From the human T2T-CHM13v2.0 reference genome, Homo sapiens: 64,000 nt of DNA. The translations under genes were made by a program, and so were the position numbers. The notes beneath the pieces are model-generated. The model worked only from the letters and a program-made list of their open reading frames with translations. It made no database searches and was not told the origin of the DNA. Of the stretch, positions 1-13,700 are shown in pieces. Position 1 is the stretch's first letter. Each line of letters opens with the position of its first letter. Location of the stretch: the NCBI RefSeq assembly GCF_009914755.1, contig NC_060934.1. One strand, written 5' to 3'.

Positions 1-64
1 TAGAGCAGTTTGGAAACACTCTGTTTGTAAAGCCTGCAAGTGCTTTTTTGGACTTCATTGAGGC

Positions 65-81
65 CTTCGTTGGAAACGGGA
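65..81 (+). promoter_or_regulatory. CENP-B box (representative; recurs about every 340 bp, roughly 185 copies in the window)
   Basis: CTTCGTTGGAAACGGGA is an exact match to the canonical 17-bp box YTTCGTTGGAARCGGGA. The next copies start at 405, 744 and 1084. Confidence 0.97.
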
Positions 82-404
82 TTTCTTCATATAATGCTAG
101 ACAGAAGAATTCTCAGTCACTTCTTTGTGTTGTGTGTATTCAAGTCACAGAGTTGAACCTTCCTTTAGACAGAGCAGTTTTGAAAAATTCTTTCTGTGGA
201 GTTTGCAAGTGGAGATTTCAAGCGATTTGAGGCTAATCTTTGAAATGGAAATATCTTCGTGTAAAAACTACACAGAATCATTCTCAGAAACTGCTTTGTC
301 ATCTGTGCGTTCAGTTCACAGAGTTTCACCTTTCTCTTCATAGAGCAGTTTGGAAAGACTCTGTCTGTAAAGTCTGCAAGTGATTAGTTAGACCCCTTTG
401 AGGC

Positions 405-421
405 CTTCGTTGGAAGCGGGA
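405..421 (+). promoter_or_regulatory. CENP-B box, GGAAGCGGGA variant (one per HOR)
   Basis: CTTCGTTGGAAGCGGGA retains the core NTTCGNNNNANNCGGGN. Confidence 0.95.
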
Positions 422-912
422 TTTCTCATTTACTGCTAGACAGAAGAATTCTCAGTAAATCCTTTGTGTTGTGTGTATTCAACTCACAGAGTGGAACCTT
501 CCTTTATTCAGAGCAGTTTTGAAACACTCTTTTTGTGGAATTTGCAAGTGGAGATTTCAAGCGATTTGACGCCAATCTTAGACATGGAAATATCTTCATA
601 TTAAAAGTACACAGAGTCATTCGTAGAAACTAGTTTGTGATGTGTGCCTTCAACTCACAGAGTTTAACCTTTCTTTTCATAGAGCAGTTGGGAAACACTC
701 TTTTTGTAAAGTCTGCAAGTGGATATTTGGACCTCTTTGAGGCCTTCGTTGGAAACGGGATTTCTTCATACAACGCTAGACAGAAGAATTCTCAGTAACT
801 TCTTTGTGTTGTGTGTATTCAACTCACAGAGTTGAACCTTTCTTTAGAGAGAGCAGAGTTGAAACACTCTGTTTTTGGAATTTGCAACTGCAGATTTCAA
901 GCGATTCTAGGC

Positions 913-929
913 CTATGGCAGAAAAGGAA
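913..929 (+). promoter_or_regulatory. pJ-alpha-like (A-box) site at the position homologous to the CENP-B box in alternate monomers (representative)
   Basis: CTATGGCAGAAAAGGAA lies 169 bp after the CENP-B box at 744 and resembles the A-type monomer box. Confidence 0.7.
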
Positions 930-1249
930 ATATCTTCGTATAAAAACTACACAGAATCATTCTCAACAACTACTTTGTGATGTGTGCGTTCAACTCACAG
1001 AGTTTAACCTTTCTTTTCATAGAGCAGTTCGGAAACACTCTGTTTGTAAAGACTGCAAGTGCTTTTTTGGACTTCATTGAGGCCTTCGTTGGAAACGGGA
1101 TTTCTTCATGTAATGCTAGACAGAAGAATTCTCAGTCACTTCTTTGTGTTGTGTGTATTCAAGTCACAGAGTTGAACCTTCCTTTAGACAGAGCACTTTT
1201 GAAAAATTCTTTCTGTGTAATTTGCAAGTGGAGATTTCAAGCGATTTGA

Positions 1250-2606
1250 GGCTAATCTTTGAAATGGAAATATCTTCGTGTAAAAACTACACAGAATCAT
1301 TCTCAGAAACTGCTTTGTCATCTGTGCGTTCAGTTCACAGAGTTTCACCTTTCTCTTCATAGAGCAGTTTGGAAAGACTCTGTCTGTAAAGTCTGCAAGT
1401 GATTAGTTAGACCCCTTTGAGGCCTTCGTTGGAAGCGGGATTTCTCATTTACTGCTAGACAGAAGAATTCTCAGTAAATCCTTTGTGTTGTGTGTATTCA
1501 ACTCACAGAGTGGAACCTTCCTTTATTCAGAGCAGTTTTGAAACACTCTTTTTGTGGAATTTGCAAGTGGAGATTTCAAGCGATTTGACGCCAATCTTAG
1601 ACATGGAAATATCTTCATATTAAAAGTACACAGAGTCATTCGTAGAAACTAGTTTGTGATGTGTGCCTTCAACTCACAGAGTTTAACCTTTCTTTTCATA
1701 GAGCAGTTGGGAAACACTCTATTTGTAAAGTCTGCAAGTGGATATTTGGACCTCTTTGAGGCCTTCGTTGGAAACGGGATTTCTTCATATAACGCTAGAC
1801 AGAAGAATTCTCAGTAACTTCTTTGTGTTGTGTGTATTCAACTCACAGAGTTGAACCTTTCTTTAGAGGGAGCAGAGGTGAAACACTCTTTTTGTGGAAT
1901 TTGCTAGTGTAGATTTCAAACGCTTCGAAGACAGTGATAGAAAAGGATATATCTTCGTATTAAAAGTAGACAAAATCATTCTCAGAAAACTCTTTGTGAT
2001 GTGTGTGTTCAACTCACAGAGTTTAACCTTTCTTTAATCGAGCAGTTTGGAAATACACTCTTTGTAAGTCTGCAGGTGGATATTTGGCCCTCTTTGAGCC
2101 CTTCGTTGGAAACGGGATTTCCTCATATAATGCTAGACAGAAGAATTCTCAGTAACTTCTTTGTGTTGTTTGTATTCAACACACAGATTTGAACCTTCCT
2201 TTAGAGAGAGCAGATTTGAAACACTCTGTTTTTGGAATTTGCAAGTGCAGATTTCAAGCGCTTCTAGGCCTATGGCAGAAAAGGAAATATCTTCGTATAA
2301 AAACTACACAGAATCATTCTCAACAACTACTTTGTGATGTGTGCGTTCAACTCACAGAGTTTAACCTTTCTTTTCATAGAGCAGTTTGGAAACACTCTGT
2401 TTGTAAAGCCTGCAAGTGCTTTTTTGGACTTCATTGAGGCCTTCGTTGGAAACGGGATTTCTTCATATAATGCTAGACAGAAGAATTCTCAGTCACTTCT
2501 TTGTGTTGTGTGTATTCAAGTCACAGAGTTGAACCTTCCTTTAGACAGAGCAGTTTTGAAAAATTCTTTCTGTGGAGTTTGCAAGTGGAGATTTCAAGCG
2601 ATTTGA
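1250..2606 (+). repeat. Representative 8-mer HOR unit (1357 bp; 22 of 52 complete units including length variants)
   Basis: Landmark spacing 1249 to 2606 = 1357 bp, with four CENP-B boxes. It includes an extra 338-bp dimer (~1860-2200) containing GCTTCGAAGACAGTGATAG and TTTAATCGAGC. Confidence 0.93.
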
Positions 2607-5600
2607 GGCTAATCTTTGAAATGGAAATATCTTCGTGTAAAAACTACACAGAATCATTCTCAGAAACTGCTTTGTCATCTGTGCGTTCAGTTCACAGAGT
2701 TTCACCTTTCTCTTCATAGAGCAGTTTGGAAAGACTCTGTCTGTAAAGTCTGCAAGTGATTAGTTAGACCCCTTTGAGGCCTTCGTTGGAAGCGGGATTT
2801 CTCATTTACTGCTAGACAGAAGAATTCTCAGTAAATCCTTTGTGTTGTGTGTATTCAACTCACAGAGTGGAACCTTCCTTTATTCAGAGCAGTTTTGAAA
2901 AACACTTTTTGTGGAATTTGCAAGTGGAGATTTCAAGCGATTTGACGCCAATCTTAGACATGGAAATATCTTCATATTAAAAGTACACAGAGTCATTCGT
3001 AGAAACTAGTTTGTGATGTGTGCCTTCAACTCACAGAGTTTAACCTTTCTTTTCATAGAGCAGTTTGGAAACACTCTATTTGTAAAGTCTGCAAGTGGAT
3101 ATTTGGACCTCTTTGAGGCCTTCGTTGGAAACGGGATTTCTTCATACAACGCTAGACAGAAGAATTCTCAGTAACTTCTTTGTGTTGTGTGTATTCAACT
3201 CACAGAGTTGAACCTTTCTTTAGAGAGAGCAGAGTTGAAACACTCTGTTTTTGGAATTTGCAACTGCAGATTTCAAGCGATTCTAGGCCTATGGCAGAAA
3301 AGGAAATATCTTCGTATAAAAACTACACAGAATCATTCTCAACAACTACTTTGTGATGTGTGCGTTCAACTCACAGAGTTTAACCTTTCTTTTCATAGAG
3401 CAGTTTGGAAACACTCTGTTTGTAAAGCCTGCAAGTGCTTTTTTGGACTTCATTGAGGCCTTCGTTGGAAACGGGATTTCTTCATGTAATGCTAGACAGA
3501 AGAATTCTCAGTCACTTCTTTGTGTTGTGTGTATTCAAGTCACAGAGTTGAACCTTCCTTTAGACAGAGCAGTTTTGAAAAATTCTTTCTGTGTAATTTG
3601 CAAGTGGAGATTTCAAGCGATTTGAGGCTAATCTTTGAAATGGAAATATCTTCGTGTAAAAACTACACAGAATCATTCTCAGAAACTGCTTTGTCATCTG
3701 TGCGTTCAGTTCACAGAGTTTCACCTTTCTCTTCATAGAGCAGTTTGGAAAGACTCTGTCTGTAAAGTCTGCAAGTGATTAGTTAGACCCCTTTGAGGCC
3801 TTCGTTGGAAGCGGGATTTCTCATTTACTGCTAGACAGAAGAATTCTCAGTAAATCCTTTGTGTTGTGTGTATTCAACTCACAGAGTGGAACCTTCCTTT
3901 ATTCAGAGCAGTTTTGAAACACTCTTTTTGTGGAATTTGCAAGTGGAGATTTCAAGCGATTTGACGCCAATCTTAGACATGGAAATATCTTCATATTAAA
4001 AGTACACAGAGTCATTCGTAGAAACTAGTTTGTGATGTGTGCCTTCAACTCACAGAGTTTAACCTTTCTTTTCATAGAGCAGTTGGGAAACACTCTATTT
4101 GTAAAGTCTGCAAGTGGATATTTGGACCTCTTTGAGGCCTTCGTTGGAAACGGGATTTCTTCATATAACGCTAGACAGAAGAATTCTCAGTAACTTCTTT
4201 GTGTTGTGTGTATTCAACTCACAGAGTTGAACCTTTCTTTAGAGGGAGCAGAGGTGAAACACTCTTTTTGTGGAATTTGCTAGTGTAGATTTCAAACGCT
4301 TCGAAGACAGTGATAGAAAAGGATATATCTTCGTATTAAAAGTAGACAAAATCATTCTCAGAAAACTCTTTGTGATGTGTGTGTTCAACTCACAGAGTTT
4401 AACCTTTCTTTAATCGAGCAGTTTGGAAATACACTCTTTGTAAGTCTGCAGGTGGATATTTGGCCCTCTTTGAGCCCTTCGTTGGAAACGGGATTTCCTC
4501 ATATAATGCTAGACAGAAGAATTCTCAGTAACTTCTTTGTGTTGTTTGTATTCAACACACAGATTTGAACCTTCCTTTAGAGAGAGCAGATTTGAAACAC
4601 TCTGTTTTTGGAATTTGCAAGTGCAGATTTCAAGCGCTTCTAGGCCTATGGCAGAAAAGGAAATATCTTCGTATAAAAACTACACAGAATCATTCTCAAC
4701 AACTACTTTGTGATGTGTGCGTTCAACTCACAGAGTTTAACCTTTCTTTTCATAGAGCAGTTTGGAAACACTCTGTTTGTAAAGCCTGCAAGTGCTTTTT
4801 TGGACTTCATTGAGGCCTTCGTTGGAAACGGGATTTCTTCATATAATGCTAGACAGAAGAATTCTCAGTCACTTCTTTGTGTTGTGTGTATTCAAGTCAC
4901 AGAGTTGAACCTTCCTTTAGACAGAGCAGTTTTGAAAAATTCTTTCTGTGGAGTTTGCAAGTGGAGATTTCAAGCGATTTGAGGCTAATCTTTGAAATGG
5001 AAATATCTTCGTGTAAAAGCTACACAGAATCATTCTCAGAAACTGCTTTGTCATCTGTGCGTTCAGTTCACAGAGTTTCACCTTTCTCTTCATAGAGCAG
5101 TTTGGAAAGACTCTGTCTGTAAAGTCTGCAAGTGATTAGTTAGACCCCTTTGAGGCCTTCGTTGGAAGCGGGATTTCTCATTTACTGCTAGACAGAAGAA
5201 TTCTCAGTAAATCCTTAGTGTTGTGTGTATTCAACTCACAGAGTGGAACCTTCCTTTATTCAGAGCAGTTTTGAAAAACACTTTTTGTGGAATTTGCAAG
5301 TGGAGATTTCAAGCGATTTGACGCCAATCTTAGACATGGAAATATCTTCATATTAAAAGTACACAGAGTCATTCGTAGAAACTAGTTTGTGATGTGTGCC
5401 TTCAACTCACAGAGTTTAACCTTTCTTTTCATAGAGCAGTTTGGAAACACTCTATTTGTAAAGTCTGCAAGTGGATATTTGGACCTCTTTGAGGCCTTCG
5501 TTGGAAACGGGATTTCTTCATACAACGCTAGACAGAAGAATTCTCAGTAACTTCTTTGTGTTGTGTGTATTCAACTCACAGAGTTGAACCTTTCTTTAGA

Positions 5601-8600
5601 GAGAGCAGAGTTGAAACACTCTGTTTTTGGAATTTGCAACTGCAGATTTCAAGCGATTCTAGGCCAATGGCAGAAAAGGAAATATCTTCGTATAAAAACT
5701 ACACAGAATCATTCTCAACAACTACTTTGTGATGTGTGCGTTCAACTCACAGAGTTTAACCTTTCTTTTCATAGAGCAGTTTGGAAACACTCTGTTTGTA
5801 AAGCCTGCAAGTGCTTTTTTGGACTTCATTGAGGCCTTCGTTGGAAACGGGATTTCTTCATGTAATGCTAGACAGAAGAATTCTCAGTCACTTCTTTGTG
5901 TTGTGTGTATTCAAGTCACAGAGTTGAACCTTCCTTTAGACAGAGCAGTTTTGAAAAATTCTTTCTGTGGAGTTTGCAAGTGGAGATTTCAAGCGATTTG
6001 AGGCTAATCTTTGAAATGGAAATATCTTCGTGTAAAAACTACACAGAATCATTCTCAGAAACTGCTTTGTCATCTGTGCGTTCAGTTCACAGAGTTTCAC
6101 CTTTCTCTTCATAGAGCAGTTTGGAAAGACTCTGTCTGTAAAGTCTGCAAGTGATTACTTAGACCCCTTTGAGGCCTTCGTTGGAAGCGGGATTTCTCAT
6201 TTACTGCTAGACAGAAGAATTCTCAGTAAATCCTTTGTGTTGTGTGTATTCAACTCACAGAGTGGAACCTTCCTTTATTCAGAGCAGTTTTGAAAAACAC
6301 TTTTTGTGGAATTTGCAAGTGGAGATTTCAAGCGATTTGACGCCAATCTTAGACATGGAAATATCTTCATATTAAAAGTACACAGAGTCATTCGTAGAAA
6401 CTAGTTTGTGATGTGTGCCTTCAACTCACAGAGTTTAACCTTTCTTTTCATAGAGCAGTTTGGAAACACTCTTTTTGTAAAGTCTGCAAGTGGATATTTG
6501 GACCTCTTTGAGGCCTTCGTTGGAAACGGGATTTCTTCATACAACGCTAGACAGAAGAATTCTCAGTAACTTCTTTGTGTTGTGTGTATTCAACTCACAG
6601 AGTTGAACCTTTCTTTAGAGAGAGCAGAGTTGAAACACTCTGTTTTTGGAATTTGCAACTGCAGATTTCAAGCGATTCTAGGCCTATGGCAGAAAAGGAA
6701 ATATCTTCGTATAAAAACTACACAGAATCATTCTCAACAACTACTTTGTGATGTGTGCGTTCAACTCACAGAGTTTAACCTTTCTTTTCATAGAGCAGTT
6801 CGGAAACACTCTGTTTGTAAAGACTGCAAGTGCTTTTTTGGACTTCATTGAGGCCTTCGTTGGAAACGGGATTTCTTCATGTAATGCTAGACAGAAGAAT
6901 TCTCAGTCACTTCTTTGTGTTGTGTGTATTCAAGTCACAGAGTTGAACCTTCCTTTAGACAGAGCACTTTTGAAAAATTCTTTCTGTGTAATTTGCAAGT
7001 GGAGATTTCAAGCGATTTGAGGCTAATCTTTGAAATGGAAATATCTTCGTGTAAAAACTACACAGAATCATTCTCAGAAACTGCTTTGTCATCTGTGCGT
7101 TCAGTTCACAGAGTTTCACCTTTCTCTTCATAGAGCAGTTTGGAAAGACTCTGTCTGTAAAGTCTGCAAGTGATTAGTTAGACCCCTTTGAGGCCTTCGT
7201 TGGAAGCGGGATTTCTCATTTACTGCTAGACAGAAGAATTCTCAGTAAATCCTTTGTGTTGTGTGTATTCAACTCACAGAGTGGAACCTTCCTTTATTCA
7301 GAGCAGTTTTGAAACACTCTTTTTGTGGAATTTGCAAGTGGAGATTTCAAGCGATTTGACGCCAATCTTAGACATGGAAATATCTTCATATTAAAAGTAC
7401 ACAGAGTCATTCGTAGAAACTAGTTTGTGATGTGTGCCTTCAACTCACAGAGTTTAACCTTTCTTTTCATAGAGCAGTTGGGAAACACTCTATTTGTAAA
7501 GTCTGCAAGTGGATATTTGGACCTCTTTGAGGCCTTCGTTGGAAACGGGATTTCTTCATATAACGCTAGACAGAAGAATTCTCAGTAACTTCTTTGTGTT
7601 GTGTGTATTCAACTCACAGAGTTGAACCTTTCTTTAGAGGGAGCAGAGGTGAAACACTCTTTTTGTGGAATTTGCTAGTGTAGATTTCAAACGCTTCGAA
7701 GACAGTGATAGAAAAGGATATATCTTCGTATTAAAAGTAGACAAAATCATTCTCAGAAAACTCTTTGTGATGTGTGTGTTCAACTCACAGAGTTTAACCT
7801 TTCTTTAATCGAGCAGTTTGGAAATACACTCTTTGTAAGTCTGCAGGTGGATATTTGGCCCTCTTTGAGCCCTTCGTTGGAAACGGGATTTCCTCATATA
7901 ATGCTAGACAGAAGAATTCTCAGTAACTTCTTTGTGTTGTTTGTATTCAACACACAGATTTGAACCTTCCTTTAGAGAGAGCAGATTTGAAACACTCTGT
8001 TTTTGGAATTTGCAAGTGCAGATTTCAAGCGCTTCTAGGCCTATGGCAGAAAAGGAAATATCTTCGTATAAAAACTACACAGAATCATTCTCAACAACTA
8101 CTTTGTGATGTGTGCGTTCAACTCACAGAGTTTAACCTTTCTTTTCATAGAGCAATTTGGAAACACTCTGTTTGTAAAGCCTGCAAGTGCTTTTTTGGAC
8201 TTCATTGAGGCCTTCGTTGGAAACGGGATTTCTTCATATAATGCTAGACAGAAGAATTCTCAGTCACTTCTTTGTGTTGTGTGTATTCAAGTCACAGAGT
8301 TGAACCTTCCTTTAGACAGAGCAGTTTTGAAAAATTCTTTCTGTGGAGTTTGCAAGTGGAGATTTCAAGCGATTTGAGGCTAATCTTTGAAATGGAAATA
8401 TCTTCGTGTAAAAGCTACACAGAATCATTCTCAGAAACTGCTTTGTCATCTGTGCGTTCAGTTCACAGAGTTTCACCTTTCTCTTCATAGAGCAGTTTGG
8501 AAAGACTCTGTCTGTAAAGTCTGCAAGTGATTAGTTAGACCCCTTTGAGGCCTTCGTTGGAAGCGGGATTTCTCATTTACTGCTAGACAGAAGAATTCTC

Positions 8601-10753
8601 AGTAAATCCTTTGTGTTGTGTGTATTCAACTCACAGAGTGGAACCTTCCTTTATTCAGAGCAGTTTTGAAAAACACTTTTTGTGGAATTTGCAAGTGGAG
8701 ATTTCAAGCGATTTGACGCCAATCTTAGACATGGAAATATCTTCATATTAAAAGTACACAGAGTCATTCGTAGAAACTAGTTTGTGATGTGTGCCTTCAA
8801 CTCACAGAGTTTAACCTTTCTTTTCATAGAGCAGTTTGGAAACACTCTATTTGTAAAGTCTGCAAGTGGATATTTGGACCTCTTTGAGGCCTTCGTTGGA
8901 AACGGGATTTCTTCATACAACGCTAGACAGAAGAATTCTCAGTAACTTCTTTGTGTTGTGTGTATTCAACTCACAGAGTTGAACCTTTCTTTAGAGAGAG
9001 CAGAGTTGAAACACTCTGTTTTTGGAATTTGCAACTGCAGATTTCAAGCGATTCTAGGCCAATGGCAGAAAAGGAAATATCTTCGTATAAAAACTACACA
9101 GAATCATTCTCAACAACTACTTTGTGATGTGTGCGTTCAACTCACAGAGTTTAACCTTTCTTTTCATAGAGCAGTTTGGAAACACTCTGTTTGTAAAGCC
9201 TGCAAGTGCTTTTTTGGACTTCATTGAGGCCTTCGTTGGAAACGGGATTTCTTCATGTAATGCTAGACAGAAGAATTCTCAGTCACTTCTTTGTGTTGTG
9301 TGTATTCAAGTCACAGAGTTGAACCTTCCTTTAGACAGAGCAGTTTTGAAAAATTCTTTCTGTGGAGTTTGCAAGTGGAGATTTCAAGCGATTTGAGGCT
9401 AATCTTTGAAATGGAAATATCTTCGTGTAAAAACTAGACAGAATCATTCTCAGAAACTGCTTTGTCATCTGTGCGTTCAGTTCACAGAGTTTCACCTTTC
9501 TCTTCATAGAGCAGTTTGGAAAGACTCTGTCTGTAAAGTCTGCAAGTGATTACTTAGACCCCTTTGAGGCCTTCGTTGGAAGCCGGATTTCTCATTTACT
9601 GCTAGACAGAAGAATTCTCAGTAAATCCTTTGTGTTGTGTGTATTCAACTCACAGAGTGGAACCTTCCTTTATTCAGAGCAGTTTTGAAAAACAATTTTT
9701 GTGGAATTTGCAAGTGGAGATTTCAAGCGATTTGACGCCAATCTTAGACATGGAAATATCTTCATATTAAAAGTACACAGAGTCATTCGTAGAAACTAGT
9801 TTGTGATGTGTGCCTTCAACTCACAGAGTTTAACCTTTCTTTTCATAGAGCAGTTTGGAAACACTCTGTTTGTAAAGTCTGCAAGTGGATATTTGGACCT
9901 CTTTGAGGCCTTCGTTGGAAACGGGATTTCTTCATACAACGCTAGACAGAAGAATTCTCAGTAACTTCTTTGTGTTGTGTGTATTCAACTCACAGAGTTG
10001 AACCTTTCTTTAGAGGGAGCAGAGGTGAAACACTCTTTTTGTGGAATTTGCTAGTGTAGATTTCAAACGCTTCGAAGACAGTGATAGAAAAGGATATATC
10101 TTCGTATTAAAAGTAGACAAAATCATTCTCAGAAAACTCTTTGTGATGTGTGTGTTCAACTCACAGAGTTTAACCTTTCTTTAATCGAGCAGTTTGGAAA
10201 TACACTCTTTGTAAGTCTGCAGGTGGATATTTGGCCCTCTTTGAGCCCTTCGTTGGAAACGGGATTTCCTCATATAATGCTAGACAGAAGAATTCTCAGT
10301 AACTTCTTTGTGTTGTTTGTATTCAACACACAGATTTGAACCTTCCTTTAGAGAGAGCAGATTTGAAACACTCTGTTTTTGGAATTTGCAAGTGCAGATT
10401 TCAAGCGCTTCTAGGCCTATGGCAGAAAAGGAAATATCTTCGTATAAAAACTACACAGAATCATTCTCAACAACTACTTTGTGATGTGTGCGTTCAACTC
10501 ACAGAGTTTAACCTTTCTTTTCATAGAGCAGTTTGGAAACACTCTGTTTGTAAAGCCTGCAAGTGCTTTTTTGGACTTCATTGAGGCCTTCGTTGGAAAC
10601 GGGATTTCTTCATATAATGCTAGACAGAAGAATTCTCAGTCACTTCTTTGTGTTGTGTGTATTCAAGTCACAGAGTTGAACCTTCCTTTAGACAGAGCAG
10701 TTTTGAAAAATTCTTTCTGTGGAGTTTGCAAGTGGAGATTTCAAGCGATTTGA

Positions 10754-13700
10754 GGCTAATCTTTGAAATGGAAATATCTTCGTGTAAAAACTACACAGAA
10801 TCATTCTCAGAAACTGCTTTGTCATCTGTGCGTTCAGTTCACAGAGTTTCACCTTTCTCTTCATAGAGCAGTTTGGAAAGACTCTGTCTGTAAAGTCTGC
10901 AAGTGATTAGTTAGACCCCTTTGAGGCCTTCGTTGGAAGCGGGATTTCTCATTTACTGCTAGACAGAAGAATTCTCAGTAAATCCTTTGTGTTGTGTGTA
11001 TTCAACTCACAGAGTGGAACCTTCCTTTATTCAGAGCAGTTTTGAAAAACACTTTTTGTGGAATTTGCAAGTGGAGATTTCAAGCGATTTGACGCCAATC
11101 TTAGACATGGAAATATCTTCATATTAAAAGTACACAGAGTCATTCGTAGAAACTAGTTTGTGATGTGTGCCTTCAACTCACAGAGTTTAACCTTTCTTTT
11201 CATAGAGCAGTTTGGAAACACTCTATTTGTAAAGTCTGCAAGTGGATATTTGGACCTCTTTGAGGCCTTCGTTGGAAACGGGATTTCTTCATACAACGCT
11301 AGACAGAAGAATTCTCAGTAACTTCTTTGTGTTGTGTGTATTCAACTCACAGAGTTGAACCTTTCTTTAGAGAGAGCAGAGTTGAAACACTCTGTTTTTG
11401 GAATTTGCAACTGCAGATTTCAAGCGATTCTAGGCCTATGGCAGAAAAGGAAATATCTTCGTATAAAAACTACACAGAATCATTCTCAACAACTACTTTG
11501 TGATGTGTGCGTTCAACTCACAGAGTTTAACCTTTCTTTTCATAGAGCAGTTTGGAAACACTCTGTTTGTAAAGCCTGCAAGTGCTTTTTTGGACTTCAT
11601 TGAGGCCTTCGTTGGAAACGGGATTTCTTCATATAATGCTAGACAGAAGAATTCTCAGTCACTTCTTTGTGTTGTGTGTATTCAAGTCACAGAGTTGAAC
11701 CTTCCTTTAGACAGAGCAGTTTTGAAAAATTCTTTCTGTGGAGTTTGCAAGTGGAGATTTCAAGCGATTTGAGGCTAATCTTTGAAATGGAAATATCTTC
11801 GTGTAAAAACTACACAGAATCATTCTCAGAAACTGCTTTGTCATCTGTGCGTTCAGTTCACAGAGTTTCACCTTTCTCTTCATAGAGCAGTTTGGAAAGA
11901 CTCTGTCTGTAAAGTCTGCAAGTGATTAGTTAGACCCCTTTGAGGCCTTCGTTGGAAGCGGGATTTCTCATTTACTGCTAGACAGAAGAATTCTCAGTAA
12001 ATCCTTTGTGTTGTGTGTATTCAACTCACAGAGTGGAACCTTCCTTTATTCAGAGCAGTTTTGAAAAACACTTTTTGTGGAATTTGCAAGTGGAGATTTC
12101 AAGCGATTTGACGCCAATCTTAGACATGGAAATGTCTTCATATTAAAAGTACACAGAGTCATTCGTAGAAACTAGTTTGTGATGTGTGCCTTCAACTCAC
12201 AGAGTTTAACCTTTCTTTTCATAGAGCAGTTTGGAAACACTCTATTTGTAAAGTCTGCAAGTGGATATTTGGACCTCTTTGAGGCCTTCGTTGGAAACGG
12301 GATTTCTTCATACAACGCTAGACAGAAGAATTCTCAGTAACTTCTTTGTGTTGTGTGTATTCAACTCACAGAGTTGAACCTTTCTTTAGAGAGAGCAGAG
12401 TTGAAACACTCTGTTTTTGGAATTTGCAACTGCAGATTTCAAGCGATTCTAGGCCAATAGCAGAAAAGGAAATATCTTCGTATAAAAACTACACAGAATC
12501 ATTCTCAACAACTACTTTGTGATGTGTGCGTTCAACTCACAGAGTTTAACCTTTCTTTTCATAGAGCAGTTTGGAAACACTCTGTTTGTAAAGCCTGCAA
12601 GTGCTTTTTTGGACTTCATTGAGGCCTTCGTTGGAAACGGGATTTCTTCATGTAATGCTAGACAGAAGAATTCTCAGTCACTTCTTTGTGTTGTGTGTAT
12701 TCAAGTCACAGAGTTGAACCTTCCTTTAGACAGAGCAGTTTTGAAAAATTCTTTCTGTGTAATTTGCAAGTGGAGATTTCAAGCGATTTGAGGCTAATCT
12801 TTGAAATGGAAATATCTTCGTGTAAAAACTACACAGAATCATTCTCAGAAACTGCTTTGTCATCTGTGCGTTCAGTTCACAGAGTTTCACCTTTCTCTTC
12901 ATAGAGCAGTTTGGAAAGACTCTGTCTGTAAAGTCTGCAAGTGATTAGTTAGACCCCTTTGAGGCCTTCGTTGGAAGCGGGATTTCTCATTTACTGCTAG
13001 ACAGAAGAATTCTCAGTAAATCCTTTGTGTTGTGTGTATTCAACTCACAGAGTGGAACCTTCCTTTATTCAGAGCAGTTTTGAAACACTCTTTTTGTGGA
13101 ATTTGCAAGTGGAGATTTCAAGCGATTTGACGCCAATCTTAGACATGGAAATATCTTCATATTAAAAGTACACAGAGTCATTCGTAGAAACTAGTTTGTG
13201 ATGTGTGCCTTCAACTCACAGAGTTTAACCTTTCTTTTCATAGAGCAGTTGGGAAACACTCTATTTGTAAAGTCTGCAAGTGGATATTTGGACCTCTTTG
13301 AGGCCTTCGTTGGAAACGGGATTTCTTCATATAACGCTAGACAGAAGAATTCTCAGTAACTTCTTTGTGTTGTGTGTATTCAACTCACAGAGTTGAACCT
13401 TTCTTTAGAGGGAGCAGAGGTGAAACACTCTTTTTGTGGAATTTGCTAGTGTAGATTTCAAACGCTTCGAAGACAGTGATAGAAAAGGATATATCTTCGT
13501 ATTAAAAGTAGACAAAATCATTCTCAGAAAACTCTTTGTGATGTGTGTGTTCAACTCACAGAGTTTAACCTTTCTTTAATCGAGCAGTTTGGAAATACAC
13601 TCTTTGTAAGTCTGCAGGTGGATATTTGGCCCTCTTTGAGCCCTTCGTTGGAAACGGGATTTCCTCATATAATGCTAGACAGAAGAATTCTCAGTAACTT

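Larger units (their letters stand above)
231..1249 (+). repeat. Representative 6-mer HOR unit (1019 bp; 25 of 52 complete units)
   Basis: Landmark spacing 230 to 1249 = 1019 bp, with three CENP-B boxes. It lacks the AGAGGGAGCAGAGGTG...GGCCCTCTTTGAGCCC dimer and carries the diagnostic alleles CATACAACG, GCAACTGCAG and GCGATTCTAG. Unit boundaries are an arbitrary phase. Confidence 0.93.

Noticed and set aside
100-115. Short dyad symmetries such as AGAATTCT and AGGCCT as terminators or cruciforms
   Set aside because: These are generic 6-8-bp palindromes present in nearly every dimer and are too short to support a specific structural claim.
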